From positions 1-57,904 of the IMG/VR virus record IMGVR_UViG_3300030012_002820: 57,904 nucleotides of DNA, one strand, 5' to 3'. Numbering within the stretch: position 1 is the stretch's first letter; each line of letters begins with the position of its first letter. Made by a program: the position numbers and the translations under genes. Source of the DNA: a virus (lineage: Duplodnaviria > Caudoviricetes). Under the pieces are notes generated by a model. That model worked only from the letters and a program-made list of their open reading frames with translations. It did no database searches and was not told the origin of the DNA. Shown here in pieces: positions 20,395-30,525 of this stretch.

Positions 20395-22703
20395 TATTTA
20401 GCCTCTAAAACTTTAATTTTATCAGAAAGTTCTTTTACTGCTTTCATTAAATAAACAACCATACCTGATGGATTAAAATGATATTTTGTTTTTTTATTAT
20501 CTCCTTCTCCATATGCTCCCATTGGATATGCTTCTGGAAATTTATCAACCATTTCTTGAGCAATAAAACCTTTAACTTTTTCTTCACTATCTCCTTGAAT
20601 TTTAAAATGAAATAATTGTGGATTTATTTTGTCAAAACTATCCAATATATTTTCTGTCCAATCAGCAAAATTCTTTTTTAATGTTTTATCTGATTGTGTT
20701 GTATTGTAAGCAACGCTATTTGAAGAAGCAAAATGTACATGACCTGCAGGTGTTCCATCATTCATCCATTGAATATGTCTTCCATCTGATGAATCTGCAT
20801 TAATGGCATTTGAATACATAACCGCATAGCCTCTATCTTGGTTATTTGCAATAGAAAAAGTTTGACCACTATTATTATAACCTGTTTGAAAATAAAGACC
20901 TCCTTCTCCACTTGATAAGTCCCATGGATTAGATACAAAATTATCTCCTGAATACCAATTTCCTTTGTTATCAATCATAAATAAATCTTGTGAGTCAGTT
21001 CTAACTTTAAATATTGGGTCAAAAGAATGGTCATCTGATGCTGATGCGTATAAATCTAATACTGCACCATCTCCTTGATTGTTTTGAATTACTGCAGCAT
21101 ATGCTGATGTATCTGCAGATACTGCTATAGTTCCATCGCCTTTTAAAGTTAATGCTGTATTTTGACTACCTGCCCCACTAGCAACCTTAAATCTCATATA
21201 AGATGAAGCAGCACTAGCTCCATCAAAATTATTATCTATTCTATTTAAAAACCCTGTATCCCAATTAGCTCTAAATTGTATACCTGTATTGTTAGCAGTT
21301 ATGTCTTGCATTTGACCGCCTTTAAAAAAGAAAGCATTACTGCTACTGCTATTAGCTCTTAAATAAACTTTTTCAGAACCACCTGAATAGAGTCTTAACT
21401 CTCCATTTGTAGGGTTAGTATTTTCTTCAAATATTGCTGCTGTAAGGTTTGTATCCGCAGCATTTTCAATACTAAAACCTTTAGCTATTGAACCTGCTGT
21501 ACCTTGTTTAATTTTAAAACCACCATCGTCAGCCATACGTATTCTTGAGGCACCATGATAAAATATTAAATCTCCTGTAGTCCCATGAGCTTCACTAGCA
21601 TTGTCAAATATTTGCCAACCACCACCTAAGAAAAAACCATTATCGCTTCCATCGTTTGATAGTGTAACTCTGCCTGCAAAAGTAGTATGACCATCAGCTC
21701 CAATAGTTACTTTTGTAGCGTTATTTATACCTAATTTTAAAGGACTAGCTGTTCTAGTTGTTATCCATCCTTGTGATGTAGAAAACTCTACTTGACCAGT
21801 TATAGTGTTACCTGTTTGAGTATACATTGTACAAGCATTAGCATTGCTTCGCAACCCAAGTATACAAGAGTTATCTGATTGATATACATCAAGTGAATAA
21901 TATTGTCTAGAAGCTGCGCCTATTCCAAGGTCAGTTGAGATAGTAACATTGCCTCCAAACTCAGCAGAACCATCTCCATATAATAAAGTTTTATTACTGC
22001 CATTTTCTCTTAAAACAATTAATCCTCTATCTAAACCTGCTCCACTAGAACCTGCCGAGCCTATAAGTACGTTAGAATAATCTGCACTTCTAACATCTAA
22101 AGACTTGTTATCTCCTGAAATTGTAGTATTGTCTGATATAGCTAACCCTGCAAGAGTACCAACTGAAGTTAACGAGCTATTAACTACAGTACTTTTTAAA
22201 GTTGTATTAGATAAAGTATTTGCATCTGCAGTAACTGTTATATTACCACTACCATCAAAAGAAACTCCATTTATAGTTCTTGCTGTAGCTAATGTAACTG
22301 CAGTAGAAGCAGTAACTGTGTTTTGATTTATATAGCTAAATGTACCATCGCCATCAGTTTTAATAAGTTGACCATTTGTACCATTGCCTGATATTTTTAA
22401 TTCATCTGCACCTATTGTACCTAAACCAATACTAGCAGATTGACCCATAAGAATACCATAAAAATCAGTACCACTTGGTACAGCTGCAGTAAAAGATATA
22501 GTAGAACCTGAAACTGTGTACGCATCAGGAGCTTGTTGAATAACACCATCTAGTGCTATTAATAAATTTTGTGTATTAGGAGTTACTGATACTCCACCAA
22601 CTTGCAATGTAAAATCAGTTTCAGAGTTATTAAATCCTGACGCAATATCATCAAGAAAAATAAAACTACCTGCATTTGTTGGATTATGTCCTATATATGG
22701 CAT
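20394..22703 (-). CDS. tail fibre with C-terminal intramolecular chaperone (Peptidase S74-like), 769 aa
   Basis: MPYIG start, LATARTINGVSFDGS motif; C-terminal SDKTLKKN...GFIAQE...YLMKAVKELSDKIKVLE. Confidence 0.85.
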   Translation of the reverse strand: MPYIGHNPTNAGSFIFLDDIASGFNNSETDFTLQVGGVSVTPNTQNLLIALDGVIQQAPDAYTVSGSTISFTAAVPSGTDFYGILMGQSASIGLGTIGADELKISGNGTNGQLIKTDGDGTFSYINQNTVTASTAVTLATARTINGVSFDGSGNITVTADANTLSNTTLKSTVVNSSLTSVGTLAGLAISDNTTISGDNKSLDVRSADYSNVLIGSAGSSGAGLDRGLIVLRENGSNKTLLYGDGSAEFGGNVTISTDLGIGAASRQYYSLDVYQSDNSCILGLRSNANACTMYTQTGNTITGQVEFSTSQGWITTRTASPLKLGINNATKVTIGADGHTTFAGRVTLSNDGSDNGFFLGGGWQIFDNASEAHGTTGDLIFYHGASRIRMADDGGFKIKQGTAGSIAKGFSIENAADTNLTAAIFEENTNPTNGELRLYSGGSEKVYLRANSSSSNAFFFKGGQMQDITANNTGIQFRANWDTGFLNRIDNNFDGASAASSYMRFKVASGAGSQNTALTLKGDGTIAVSADTSAYAAVIQNNQGDGAVLDLYASASDDHSFDPIFKVRTDSQDLFMIDNKGNWYSGDNFVSNPWDLSSGEGGLYFQTGYNNSGQTFSIANNQDRGYAVMYSNAINADSSDGRHIQWMNDGTPAGHVHFASSNSVAYNTTQSDKTLKKNFADWTENILDSFDKINPQLFHFKIQGDSEEKVKGFIAQEMVDKFPEAYPMGAYGEGDNKKTKYHFNPSGMVVYLMKAVKELSDKIKVLEAK

Positions 22704-24361
22704 TATGCACCTGCTGTTAAAATTAAAAGTCTAACTCCCAATGATGAAGTACCATTAGCAGGTCTACATTGTATTGTATAAGGCCCACCTCCATCACTTG
22801 TAGTAGAACCATCATCTCTTACAATTTGTACTTCAATACCTCCTGGCGCAGTAACTCCTGGTACATTGTCTATAGAGTTTACTGTCCTCTCATAGTAGTC
22901 TGCATTAAAAGCATATATTTGACATCTAGTATTAGCTGCATTTCCAGTATCTTGTACGTGGAATATTAATATTCCTGATTGATAATCACCCATCAAAGTT
23001 CTGACAGATGTCCAAGAAGAACTAGCACTTAAAGCAGTATTACCAGTAGCTTGTATTTGCCCTCTACCCTTACCTGATGTTGCTGAGTTAGTTGTACCTG
23101 TTAATCTAAGACCACCACTTGCATATAAAAGAGTTCTTTGCGAGCCTCCACCATTCCAAAGACTTACAGTCTCATCTGCATTAGCATTTTGAAAACTTAT
23201 AGAGTTAGCAGAGTTCATTCTTAAATTACCATGTATTCTAAGATTATTATTGTCACTTGATGTACCAAATGTTGATTCTGTATCACTACTGCTATTTACT
23301 CTTTGCATTTTTAATACCTCTTCAGCATCTAAATGAAGTGAAATTGCAGTGTTGTCATAATTATTACTTACATCAGCTTGTATTTCCATACTTCCTGAAG
23401 AACTATTACAATTAATCATTGAGTATGTATTTGTTGAATGATTTAAATCTTTAAAATTCAATGATGGTTCATTGGCTTGAATATGAATACCTTGTGCAAA
23501 AACAGCCGATGCTGCATTTAACGTAAGAACATTATTTCCAGTGACTGCAAATCCTACGCTATCACTTCCTGCATGATACATACCTGATGCTGCATTAAAA
23601 AAACGATAGCCTGGATTACTAGCTCCATTGTCATTAGCATAAAAAACATTAGTAGACCTTACTGTTCCATAAAATGTTGCTGATTGGTCACTACCTGTTA
23701 ATTGAAGCATTTGAGGATTACTTCCTGACAGGTCTGCTCTAAACCTTAGTGATGCTGTATCATCATATATTGTAAAGCCTTGCCCGTTACTTCTGTGTAA
23801 TTGTATATGTGTAGATTCACCACTTGAGTCACCTACAAGTTTAAGGATAGGATGAGTAGCTCCATCTATAGTCACATGATTTGCAAAAGTAGATGCTCCT
23901 GCAACATTAAGAGTTCCTCTAAGTGTTGTGTTTGCACTTGAAAAAACTGCCGATTCAACATTATTAGAACCAATAACTGTATCACTATTTGCATAATTCC
24001 ACAGATATAGCTTACCTGTATTAGCGTTAGTTACTGCACTATCTGTACCATTATGCCATAGCTCTAAGTCATCTGATGCACCAATTCTTAAAGCATCAGT
24101 TGTATCGTGAGGTATTCTAACTGTACCTGTAAATCTGCCATCTCCTGTAACTGTAAGCTTATCTGAACCTGATACTGCTCCACCAACCCCAAGAGTTCCC
24201 ATTTGAAATCCTGTTCCATCTTCATCTATTTTGTTTGCAGTTATAGCATCATTTGCTATATCAGCAGTAATTATACTTGCGTCTTGTATTTCTGTCGCAG
24301 TAATTACACCTGAGCCAACTTTTAATGCTACATCAGCAGGTTGATTACCAAAATATGCCAC
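22703..24361 (-). CDS. tail fibre protein, 552 aa
   Basis: MAYFGNQPA start (GTG), I.D.SI.TADIA repeats, GASDDLEL.H.GT motif. Confidence 0.75.
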   Translation of the reverse strand: MAYFGNQPADVALKVGSGVITATEIQDASIITADIANDAITANKIDEDGTGFQMGTLGVGGAVSGSDKLTVTGDGRFTGTVRIPHDTTDALRIGASDDLELWHNGTDSAVTNANTGKLYLWNYANSDTVIGSNNVESAVFSSANTTLRGTLNVAGASTFANHVTIDGATHPILKLVGDSSGESTHIQLHRSNGQGFTIYDDTASLRFRADLSGSNPQMLQLTGSDQSATFYGTVRSTNVFYANDNGASNPGYRFFNAASGMYHAGSDSVGFAVTGNNVLTLNAASAVFAQGIHIQANEPSLNFKDLNHSTNTYSMINCNSSSGSMEIQADVSNNYDNTAISLHLDAEEVLKMQRVNSSSDTESTFGTSSDNNNLRIHGNLRMNSANSISFQNANADETVSLWNGGGSQRTLLYASGGLRLTGTTNSATSGKGRGQIQATGNTALSASSSWTSVRTLMGDYQSGILIFHVQDTGNAANTRCQIYAFNADYYERTVNSIDNVPGVTAPGGIEVQIVRDDGSTTSDGGGPYTIQCRPANGTSSLGVRLLILTAGA

Positions 24362-24702
24362 TAAGTCATCTCCATAATAGATACTAATATATCAACTGAA
24401 GAGCCTGCACTTGCTTTAGCTTTTATTACATCAGTAGTTTGAAGTACTAATTTATTTCCTTGCATAATTTCTAAAGTACCACCTGAAGGAATAGGTAAGT
24501 TTTTACCTAAATATACATTAGCATTTGTTTCTGTATCAGATGTATCTGAAACAATTTGTATATCAGCAGTAACACTATTAGCTGTAGTATTAGAAAGAGA
24601 TATACTTAAAACTACTACGCTAGTAGAAGAAGGAACTGTGTATACTGTTGCTAAAGATGTTGTTAAGTTTGCTTTAGTTTTTAATTTAAACGTATTCGCC
24701 AT
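24361..24702 (-). CDS. tail-fibre adaptor/hub protein, 113 aa
   Basis: MANTFK...YTVP...KLVL.T.D.I...S..E.T beta-sandwich pattern; lies between fibre genes. Confidence 0.6.
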   Translation of the reverse strand: MANTFKLKTKANLTTSLATVYTVPSSTSVVVLSISLSNTTANSVTADIQIVSDTSDTETNANVYLGKNLPIPSGGTLEIMQGNKLVLQTTDVIKAKASAGSSVDILVSIMEMT

Positions 24703-24706
24703 AATA

Positions 24707-24916
24707 CTATCCTAACGCTATTGCAAGAGCAGTCGCTTGTTCATCAACTCCTTGAGAATCAACTACTTCACGAACAGTATTACCTGAATCTTTAAAGTAG
24801 ATTTTTCTTACACTTGAATGATAATTAATAGCTAATTCTCCATCAGTTAAATCACTTGTGCTTGGAGCAGGACTGCTTGTGCTATTTCGTTTTTTAAGTG
24901 TTATAGTGTTTGCCAT
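24707..24916 (-). CDS. minimal fibre linker, 69 aa
   Basis: N-terminus paralogous to 24929-25858 (TI.LKR...P...L..GE.A); ends ALAIALG; GGAGG RBS. Confidence 0.6.
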   Translation of the reverse strand: MANTITLKKRNSTSSPAPSTSDLTDGELAINYHSSVRKIYFKDSGNTVREVVDSQGVDEQATALAIALG

Positions 24917-24928
24917 TTTTACCTCCTA

Positions 24929-25858
24929 TTAAAATGTTCCACCATCAACTGTACAACCATCTAACGAAGTTCCTGTAATTCCACCAAATGCTACATTACC
25001 TGCAGAACCACTAATTACTTCACTAGAATTACTTGCATCAGCTATGAATGTAAATTTACTTGCTGAGTCATCCCAACCAAAAAATCCCATTTTAGCTGCT
25101 GAGCCATTATGATACCTAAATATCATACCTCTATCTTTATTGTCATCCGAACCAGGAGCAGAATCTCCACCTACAGTGAAAATTGGGTCATCAACTGTTA
25201 TTGATGTGCTATTAACAGTCGTAGTTGTACCATCAACCTGTAAATTTCCTGCGATAATAACATCCCCACCTGATGCATTAAGAGTTAAGTCGCCACTTGA
25301 TGTATGAATTGTATTATCATTAGAAACACCTACAGTTACATTACCTGCTGTTACTCCTGCAAATTGTGGACTATCAGAAGTTGCAATTGCTTGTCCTACT
25401 GATATAGTTGGAGTAGCTCCTTCACCTGAATTATTTGCTAAAGTAACACCTGTTCCTGCAACAAGACTAGTTACATACGAACCTGTAGTTTCAGTTCCTA
25501 AAGCGACTCCATTATCTTTAATGGTTACTACACCGCTTGATACTGCAAAATTATCACTACTAAATGATGCAATACCTTTTGCACTTGTTGATGCAAAGAT
25601 AGTTGAGTCAGTTTTATCAAGAGCTATAGTTCTTGCTCTATCTGATGCACTTGATTGTGCTGAGGCTGTTATTCCACTACCTCCTGTTAAGTCGTCTAAT
25701 GTAGCAAGTTGAAATACTTCTACAGAAGAGTTATTATGTCTTCCAATAAATAATTTCTTACCCGCTTGGTCTAATGCCATTTCTCCAGACGCTAGAGAAC
25801 CTGGCGTAGAGCTTGAACCATTGTTCGCTGCTCTTTTTATTTGTATGGTATTAGCCAT
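24929..25858 (-). CDS. tail fibre protein, 309 aa
   Basis: MANTIQIKR...GEMA N-terminal domain; GNL.V.GTTTTVNST...DP motif; ends DGGTF. Confidence 0.75.
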   Translation of the reverse strand: MANTIQIKRAANNGSSSTPGSLASGEMALDQAGKKLFIGRHNNSSVEVFQLATLDDLTGGSGITASAQSSASDRARTIALDKTDSTIFASTSAKGIASFSSDNFAVSSGVVTIKDNGVALGTETTGSYVTSLVAGTGVTLANNSGEGATPTISVGQAIATSDSPQFAGVTAGNVTVGVSNDNTIHTSSGDLTLNASGGDVIIAGNLQVDGTTTTVNSTSITVDDPIFTVGGDSAPGSDDNKDRGMIFRYHNGSAAKMGFFGWDDSASKFTFIADASNSSEVISGSAGNVAFGGITGTSLDGCTVDGGTF

Positions 25859-25874
25859 AGTATTCTCCTATTGT

Positions 25875-26195
25875 TTAAGTGAATGTACCACCGTCTAGAG
25901 CAGTACGACCTGAAACATGAATTTCGTTCCATGAATCTTCATCTCTGATGTACATTACATCATCATCGGTATCATACCACATATTCCCTTCTACGGGATT
26001 ACTTGGTGCTGATGCCTGTTTTGCTTGTTGTGTTGCCACTTCATCTAATGCATCTGATAAATTTTTAGCAGTTACAGCAGATGAATTATGAGTAATTTTT
26101 TTTGTATCTAAACTAAAAGAATCTGTTGCTTTAGGAGCAGTTTGAGTTCCAATTGATTTAGTTGTTGCTTTTGAAGTTACTTTTACTGTTGCCAT
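25875..26195 (-). CDS. short fibre/connector protein
   Basis: APSNPVEGNMWYDTD motif; ends DGGTFT. Confidence 0.55.
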   Translation of the reverse strand: MATVKVTSKATTKSIGTQTAPKATDSFSLDTKKITHNSSAVTAKNLSDALDEVATQQAKQASAPSNPVEGNMWYDTDDDVMYIRDEDSWNEIHVSGRTALDGGTFT

Positions 26196-26698
26196 TAATC
26201 ATCTCTTATTGATGCACTCGCAAATCTACTTGCAGAGTTGTTAACATAAAATTCGCCTTGTGCTATTCTACTATAAGCAGGGTGGCTAACAGAATTAGGG
26301 GTAGTTGTATCTTTTTCAACCATTTCCCAATATCCGTCAAAATCGTTGTCTAAAGTTTCTGTCCAAGACGCATATAAATTTATTTTTAATATTTTAGCCG
26401 CGGCAGTTATTCTTCCTTGTAAATACTGAGCTGAATATAAAGTGTCATTGCTTCCTGCTGTTCCATCTTCAGCAGATTCATAAAATTCTGCTCTATAAGG
26501 AAGAACAGGTATACTAGTATTAAGAGCATTTATAGCAGCTGAATTGCTGCCTCCAAAATCAGTATTTCCTGTAAAATCTTTTCTTACTATCATTATGTAA
26601 CTTTTATTTGTAGTAACTTCATCAAGTTCAATTTCCATCTCAAAGTCACTTCCTTTTAAGATTTCTATATTGGCATATGTCTTTGCTGTTTCAGGCAT
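26195..26698 (-). CDS. virion structural protein (fibre-attachment-like beta sandwich)
   Basis: ANIEILKGSDF...IVRK...RIAQG pattern; position at the head of the fibre cluster. Confidence 0.45.
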   Translation of the reverse strand: MPETAKTYANIEILKGSDFEMEIELDEVTTNKSYIMIVRKDFTGNTDFGGSNSAAINALNTSIPVLPYRAEFYESAEDGTAGSNDTLYSAQYLQGRITAAAKILKINLYASWTETLDNDFDGYWEMVEKDTTTPNSVSHPAYSRIAQGEFYVNNSASRFASASIRDD

Positions 26699-26706
26699 TT
26701 AATTTC

Positions 26707-26943
26707 CTAATACAACATTATTACGTCAGTTGAACTTGACTTTGTAGCACAAATTGGATATGTATGTCCTTTTAAAAGATGAAACACTATATCTGTATCA
26801 TTTACAGTTAATGTAACATTCGCTGATGTACCTTTCATATGTACTGCTCTTGTAGCGTCTTGGTCATTTCCTGTAGCTACAACCGCTTTTACATAAGGTG
26901 CAACACCTTCTTGTACTGAGTAGTCTTGTAAACCTTTACTCAT
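26707..26943 (-). CDS. small virion structural protein
   Basis: GGAG RBS; beta-rich; in the structural operon. Confidence 0.5.
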   Translation of the reverse strand: MSKGLQDYSVQEGVAPYVKAVVATGNDQDATRAVHMKGTSANVTLTVNDTDIVFHLLKGHTYPICATKSSSTDVIMLY

Positions 26944-26953
26944 AATTTACTCC

Positions 26954-27466
26954 TTATCTTAATTCTGCGTATTCAACAGCAACAGCTTGACCACCTGAAT
27001 CATCAGTTAATACCCAAGTTGCTGCTCCAGGTGTTGGTAAAAATATTGCTTGACCTGACTCTAATTTTGCTATTTGAACATTAACTGAACCACCATTTAA
27101 AGTAACAGCACCATCAGAATCAGTTGGCGAACCTGTGTTAAATTCAGTATGTGTAACAGTTCTTGAAACTATTACTTTTGTAGTTGTTTCAGCTGTAGTG
27201 GTCAATCCACTATCATATTTAAAACCTGTATGTTTAATCCATAAGCCATCTGTACCTGCAACTGTTGATATAGTATTGCTACTACTTCTACTTTGTTTAT
27301 GTCCTGCGTTATTAGAACTCCAATTGACAGTTCCTCCCCAAGTAGAATCTGATTTAGCTCCACTAAAACCTCTGCCAATATCTGATTCTATAGCTTCTAT
27401 AGTGTTGCCTTCAAAAGTTGTACTTTGAATCGCAGATAAACCAATTGAATAATCTATTCTTGCCAT
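26954..27466 (-). CDS. virion structural protein
   Basis: S/T/G-rich; in the structural operon. Confidence 0.5.
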   Translation of the reverse strand: MARIDYSIGLSAIQSTTFEGNTIEAIESDIGRGFSGAKSDSTWGGTVNWSSNNAGHKQSRSSSNTISTVAGTDGLWIKHTGFKYDSGLTTTAETTTKVIVSRTVTHTEFNTGSPTDSDGAVTLNGGSVNVQIAKLESGQAIFLPTPGAATWVLTDDSGGQAVAVEYAELR

Positions 27467-27475
27467 AATATTTCC

Positions 27476-28180
27476 TTACTTAACAGAAAAAGATGTAGAT
27501 TGAACTCTATACCTTTTATTTTTGTTACTTTCATTGTCAGATATTTTTTTATAAAAATTTCTCATGTAATATTCTTTTCTTTCTATGTCGCCATCTCTTT
27601 CTGCAAACATAGCTCTTAAATAGTCAACAATTGCTAAAGACAACATTCTATTTAAATTTATATGACTTGTTTCACTAGGTGAAGTTACTTCAACAGGAAT
27701 TTGCGTAATAGTAATCATTTCACCTTTTGCTTCATTTGTAAAATTATTAGCTTGTTGTAAAGCAGTATTAGATGCATTACCTGTTAAAACATATTCACCA
27801 TCATTACTTTTAGAACCTTGTATTTTTATTTTATCACCTGGGTTAAAAGAACCAAAGCCACCTACATTAGCACCACTATCATCTATTTCTGATATAGTAG
27901 TACCTGAAAAAGATATAAGTTTAGAAGAATATCTTACATTAATATTTTCAAGAGCTTCAGATATAAATGGCTCTGCTAATGCAGTATATTCAATTCTTAT
28001 TCCATTTACTAAATCTTCATCAGGATATTGTATTCCTGTTGTTCCTCCACTACTAGGAACGACCATTTTATATCCATCTAATGTATCAAGAACACCATCA
28101 ATACCTGTTGTTAATCTATATATTTCTATATTTTTACCTTTGTGATAAAATGCAAATGTTTTATCTGTTTGCCAACTCAT
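27476..28180 (-). CDS. head-tail adaptor/ring-like protein
   Basis: C-terminal LSLAIVDYLRA...YY..F helical motif typical of tail ring proteins. Confidence 0.5.
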   Translation of the reverse strand: MSWQTDKTFAFYHKGKNIEIYRLTTGIDGVLDTLDGYKMVVPSSGGTTGIQYPDEDLVNGIRIEYTALAEPFISEALENINVRYSSKLISFSGTTISEIDDSGANVGGFGSFNPGDKIKIQGSKSNDGEYVLTGNASNTALQQANNFTNEAKGEMITITQIPVEVTSPSETSHINLNRMLSLAIVDYLRAMFAERDGDIERKEYYMRNFYKKISDNESNKNKRYRVQSTSFSVK

Positions 28181-28458
28181 TATGGGTTTGTATCCTCAGT
28201 TACGTTTGGTTTATCAACCATTCTTCTAATTTTTTTATATTTATTATCATCGCTTGTATCTAAAATACTTACACTTAATAAAGAAACCATATCAGACGGA
28301 ACACTATATTCATTAACTCCTTTTATTAATGTTTGCTTTTCAACTTTTGTAGAAATGTCGGTTGTAGATTGTATTTTAGTTATAGCATCTTTTATAAAAG
28401 CAATAGCAAGATTAGTATCTCTTACATTAGCTCTCTCCATTAATTCTAATATTGTCAT
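28180..28458 (-). CDS. adaptor/ring-like protein, N-terminal-type domain
   Basis: MTILELMER...IAFIKDA...EYSVPSDM.....V pattern; translationally coupled to its neighbours. Confidence 0.5.
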   Translation of the reverse strand: MTILELMERANVRDTNLAIAFIKDAITKIQSTTDISTKVEKQTLIKGVNEYSVPSDMVSLLSVSILDTSDDNKYKKIRRMVDKPNVTEDTNP

Positions 28459-30056
28459 GAAGTAGCTCCTTGCTCTTTTCTTTGACTAGCTTGTTGCTGT
28501 TCAGGAGCAGTTATTGCACCTGTTATAGCACTTAATTCATTTACTGACCTTTGATAAAAAGCACCGCTAGTTTGCAACGATTGTTGACTTTTTTGTGTAT
28601 AGGCACTAGCTGCTTGCATATTAATATTTTGTTGCTGTATTTCTTTTTCAAGAATTTTACTTTCTTTAGCTAATTCTGCTGAATATATTTGCAACTCAGT
28701 AGAAACACTTTGAACTTCTTTAGCTAAAGCCGCTTGATACCTTGCTAGTCCTGTTTCAATTCTTGTTTTTTCCTTACCTAATTCAGTTTGATATTTAGAT
28801 GTATCAACATTTGATTTAGCACTTTCTTCAGCTACTTCTGCTTGATACTTAGCTAAATTAGATTGAAATGTTTTAATTTTTTTGTCAACTTCAGATTGTA
28901 GTTTAGATAATTGAGAGCTTATCCTAGCTGACTCTTTTTGTACTTTAGATTGATAATTATTTACATCATTTTGATATTTACTAAGACTTTGATTTGCTTT
29001 TGCTATATTTGCTTGTGCTCTATTTATTTCTACATTAGCTACATTTACAAGAGAAGCAACCATTTCAGCATCTTCATCATCTAATAATTCTTGTGCGTTA
29101 TTAGTAGTTACGCTTCCATCAATTAATTCTTGAGCTTTACTTAACCCATCGTTAATAGATGGTAAATCTAAAACTATTTCAGAAATATCATTTGGTGATA
29201 CAAAATCACTAGGTAAAATACTTGATATAGATTCTATACTAGGTAAAGATGTACTCAAGCTAAAAGAAGAAGGCAAAGAAGTAGTAATAGCAAAATCATT
29301 TGGCAATGTTTCAGTAAAACTAAAAGACGGAAGAGAGCTTACTAAGTTAAATGTCAATACTTTAGAAGCTGCTTCATCAATTTGAGCTTTACATAAATCT
29401 CTATAAACTGAAGCTAATCTATAATGGTCTAGAGATGCTGCATAAAATATTATAATATTTTCATATTCTGTAAGAATCCAAGATTCTGTATTCTCATCTA
29501 TTACAGGAGGAGCTGAATAAACTATAACTCCTTTATCACCTGCTTCAGCATCTACACTTGTAGTGCTACTTGCTCCTAACTCTGTATATGATTTAGCAGA
29601 ACTTGTTGCATTATAATCAGGGTCAGGTTTTATATAAATCTTTCCTCCTAATTTGTAATACTTAGGAAACATTTTTGTTGCATTAAGTAAACTATTTTCT
29701 TCATCAAAAATATGAATATTTTTATCAGGAGCTTCAACTGCTATTCTTTTTTTACCATCGTAATATTTTGCTTCATCAGTTTGACCTGCATTAACAGTAG
29801 TTGTTGTTCCTCCATCATATCTATAAACAGCTAAAATTTTATCGTATGCAATAGCAGACCCTTGACCTAAAGATTGACTATTATTAGTATCAGTAGAATC
29901 CCAACCATTAATTTCAGTTTCAGAAGCAATAGTCCATAAAAACTTTTCAGGTAAAGCTGATAGTAAAAACTTTGAACCTGCATTAATATAAGGAACTAAA
30001 TATCTAGACTTGCTATCGTTCCCTGTAATGTTATTTACTTTTTCCCAAATTTTCAT
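28455..30056 (-). CDS. head-tail adaptor-like protein with long repeat/coiled-coil extension
   Basis: PKYY...KIYIKP.P and YAA motifs; LP repeats and six 18-aa helical repeats. Confidence 0.55.
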   Translation of the reverse strand: MKIWEKVNNITGNDSKSRYLVPYINAGSKFLLSALPEKFLWTIASETEINGWDSTDTNNSQSLGQGSAIAYDKILAVYRYDGGTTTTVNAGQTDEAKYYDGKKRIAVEAPDKNIHIFDEENSLLNATKMFPKYYKLGGKIYIKPDPDYNATSSAKSYTELGASSTTSVDAEAGDKGVIVYSAPPVIDENTESWILTEYENIIIFYAASLDHYRLASVYRDLCKAQIDEAASKVLTFNLVSSLPSFSFTETLPNDFAITTSLPSSFSLSTSLPSIESISSILPSDFVSPNDISEIVLDLPSINDGLSKAQELIDGSVTTNNAQELLDDEDAEMVASLVNVANVEINRAQANIAKANQSLSKYQNDVNNYQSKVQKESARISSQLSKLQSEVDKKIKTFQSNLAKYQAEVAEESAKSNVDTSKYQTELGKEKTRIETGLARYQAALAKEVQSVSTELQIYSAELAKESKILEKEIQQQNINMQAASAYTQKSQQSLQTSGAFYQRSVNELSAITGAITAPEQQQASQRKEQGATS

Positions 30057-30071
30057 TTATTTCCTTTAATA

Positions 30072-30101
30072 TTTGAGGGGGGAATAAATCCCCCCATCAA
30101 A
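30072..30101 (-). terminator. strong hairpin after the capsid genes (terminator or mRNA stabiliser)
   Basis: GGGGGGA-5 nt-TCCCCCC core extended by TTTGA/TCAAA; no long U-tract on the minus strand. Confidence 0.55.
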
Positions 30102-30118
30102 AATTATCCGTCAATTAA

Positions 30119-30511
30119 TTAGACAGATGCTAATGCGACACTACCAACATTTTCCATAATCGTACCATTTCCTGCGCTATCGAAAAATACCATAATACAT
30201 TCTTTTGGTGCGTTAAGGGTTACTTTGTTATTAGTACCATCAAAGGTACCAGTAGTTAAAGTAACTGTGTGGGCTGCAGTACCAGAAGCACTAGTGTCTG
30301 TAATTACAACCATTTGTCCTGCGTAATCAGCACCGTGCATCCCAGTAATGTTAATAACAGTAGAAGCGTGATTTAATTCAATCACTCTATATTTACCGCT
30401 ATATTCGCCAACAGCTGCGGTTTCGGTGTATTCTTTTAAAAATACATCTTTATCGCAGGCAATAGCTACTCTATCATCAGCTTTGTTTTGTCCGTACATT
30501 GGATTAGCCAT
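30119..30511 (-). CDS. capsid decoration/minor capsid protein
   Basis: Directly downstream of the MCP, before the hairpin; AAGGAG RBS. Confidence 0.55.
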   Translation of the reverse strand: MANPMYGQNKADDRVAIACDKDVFLKEYTETAAVGEYSGKYRVIELNHASTVINITGMHGADYAGQMVVITDTSASGTAAHTVTLTTGTFDGTNNKVTLNAPKECIMVFFDSAGNGTIMENVGSVALASV

Positions 30512-30525
30512 TATTCATCACTCCT

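Noticed and set aside
24707-25858. Diversity-generating retroelement suggested by tropism-determinant-like N-termini
   Set aside because: No reverse transcriptase and no template/variable repeat pair was found.
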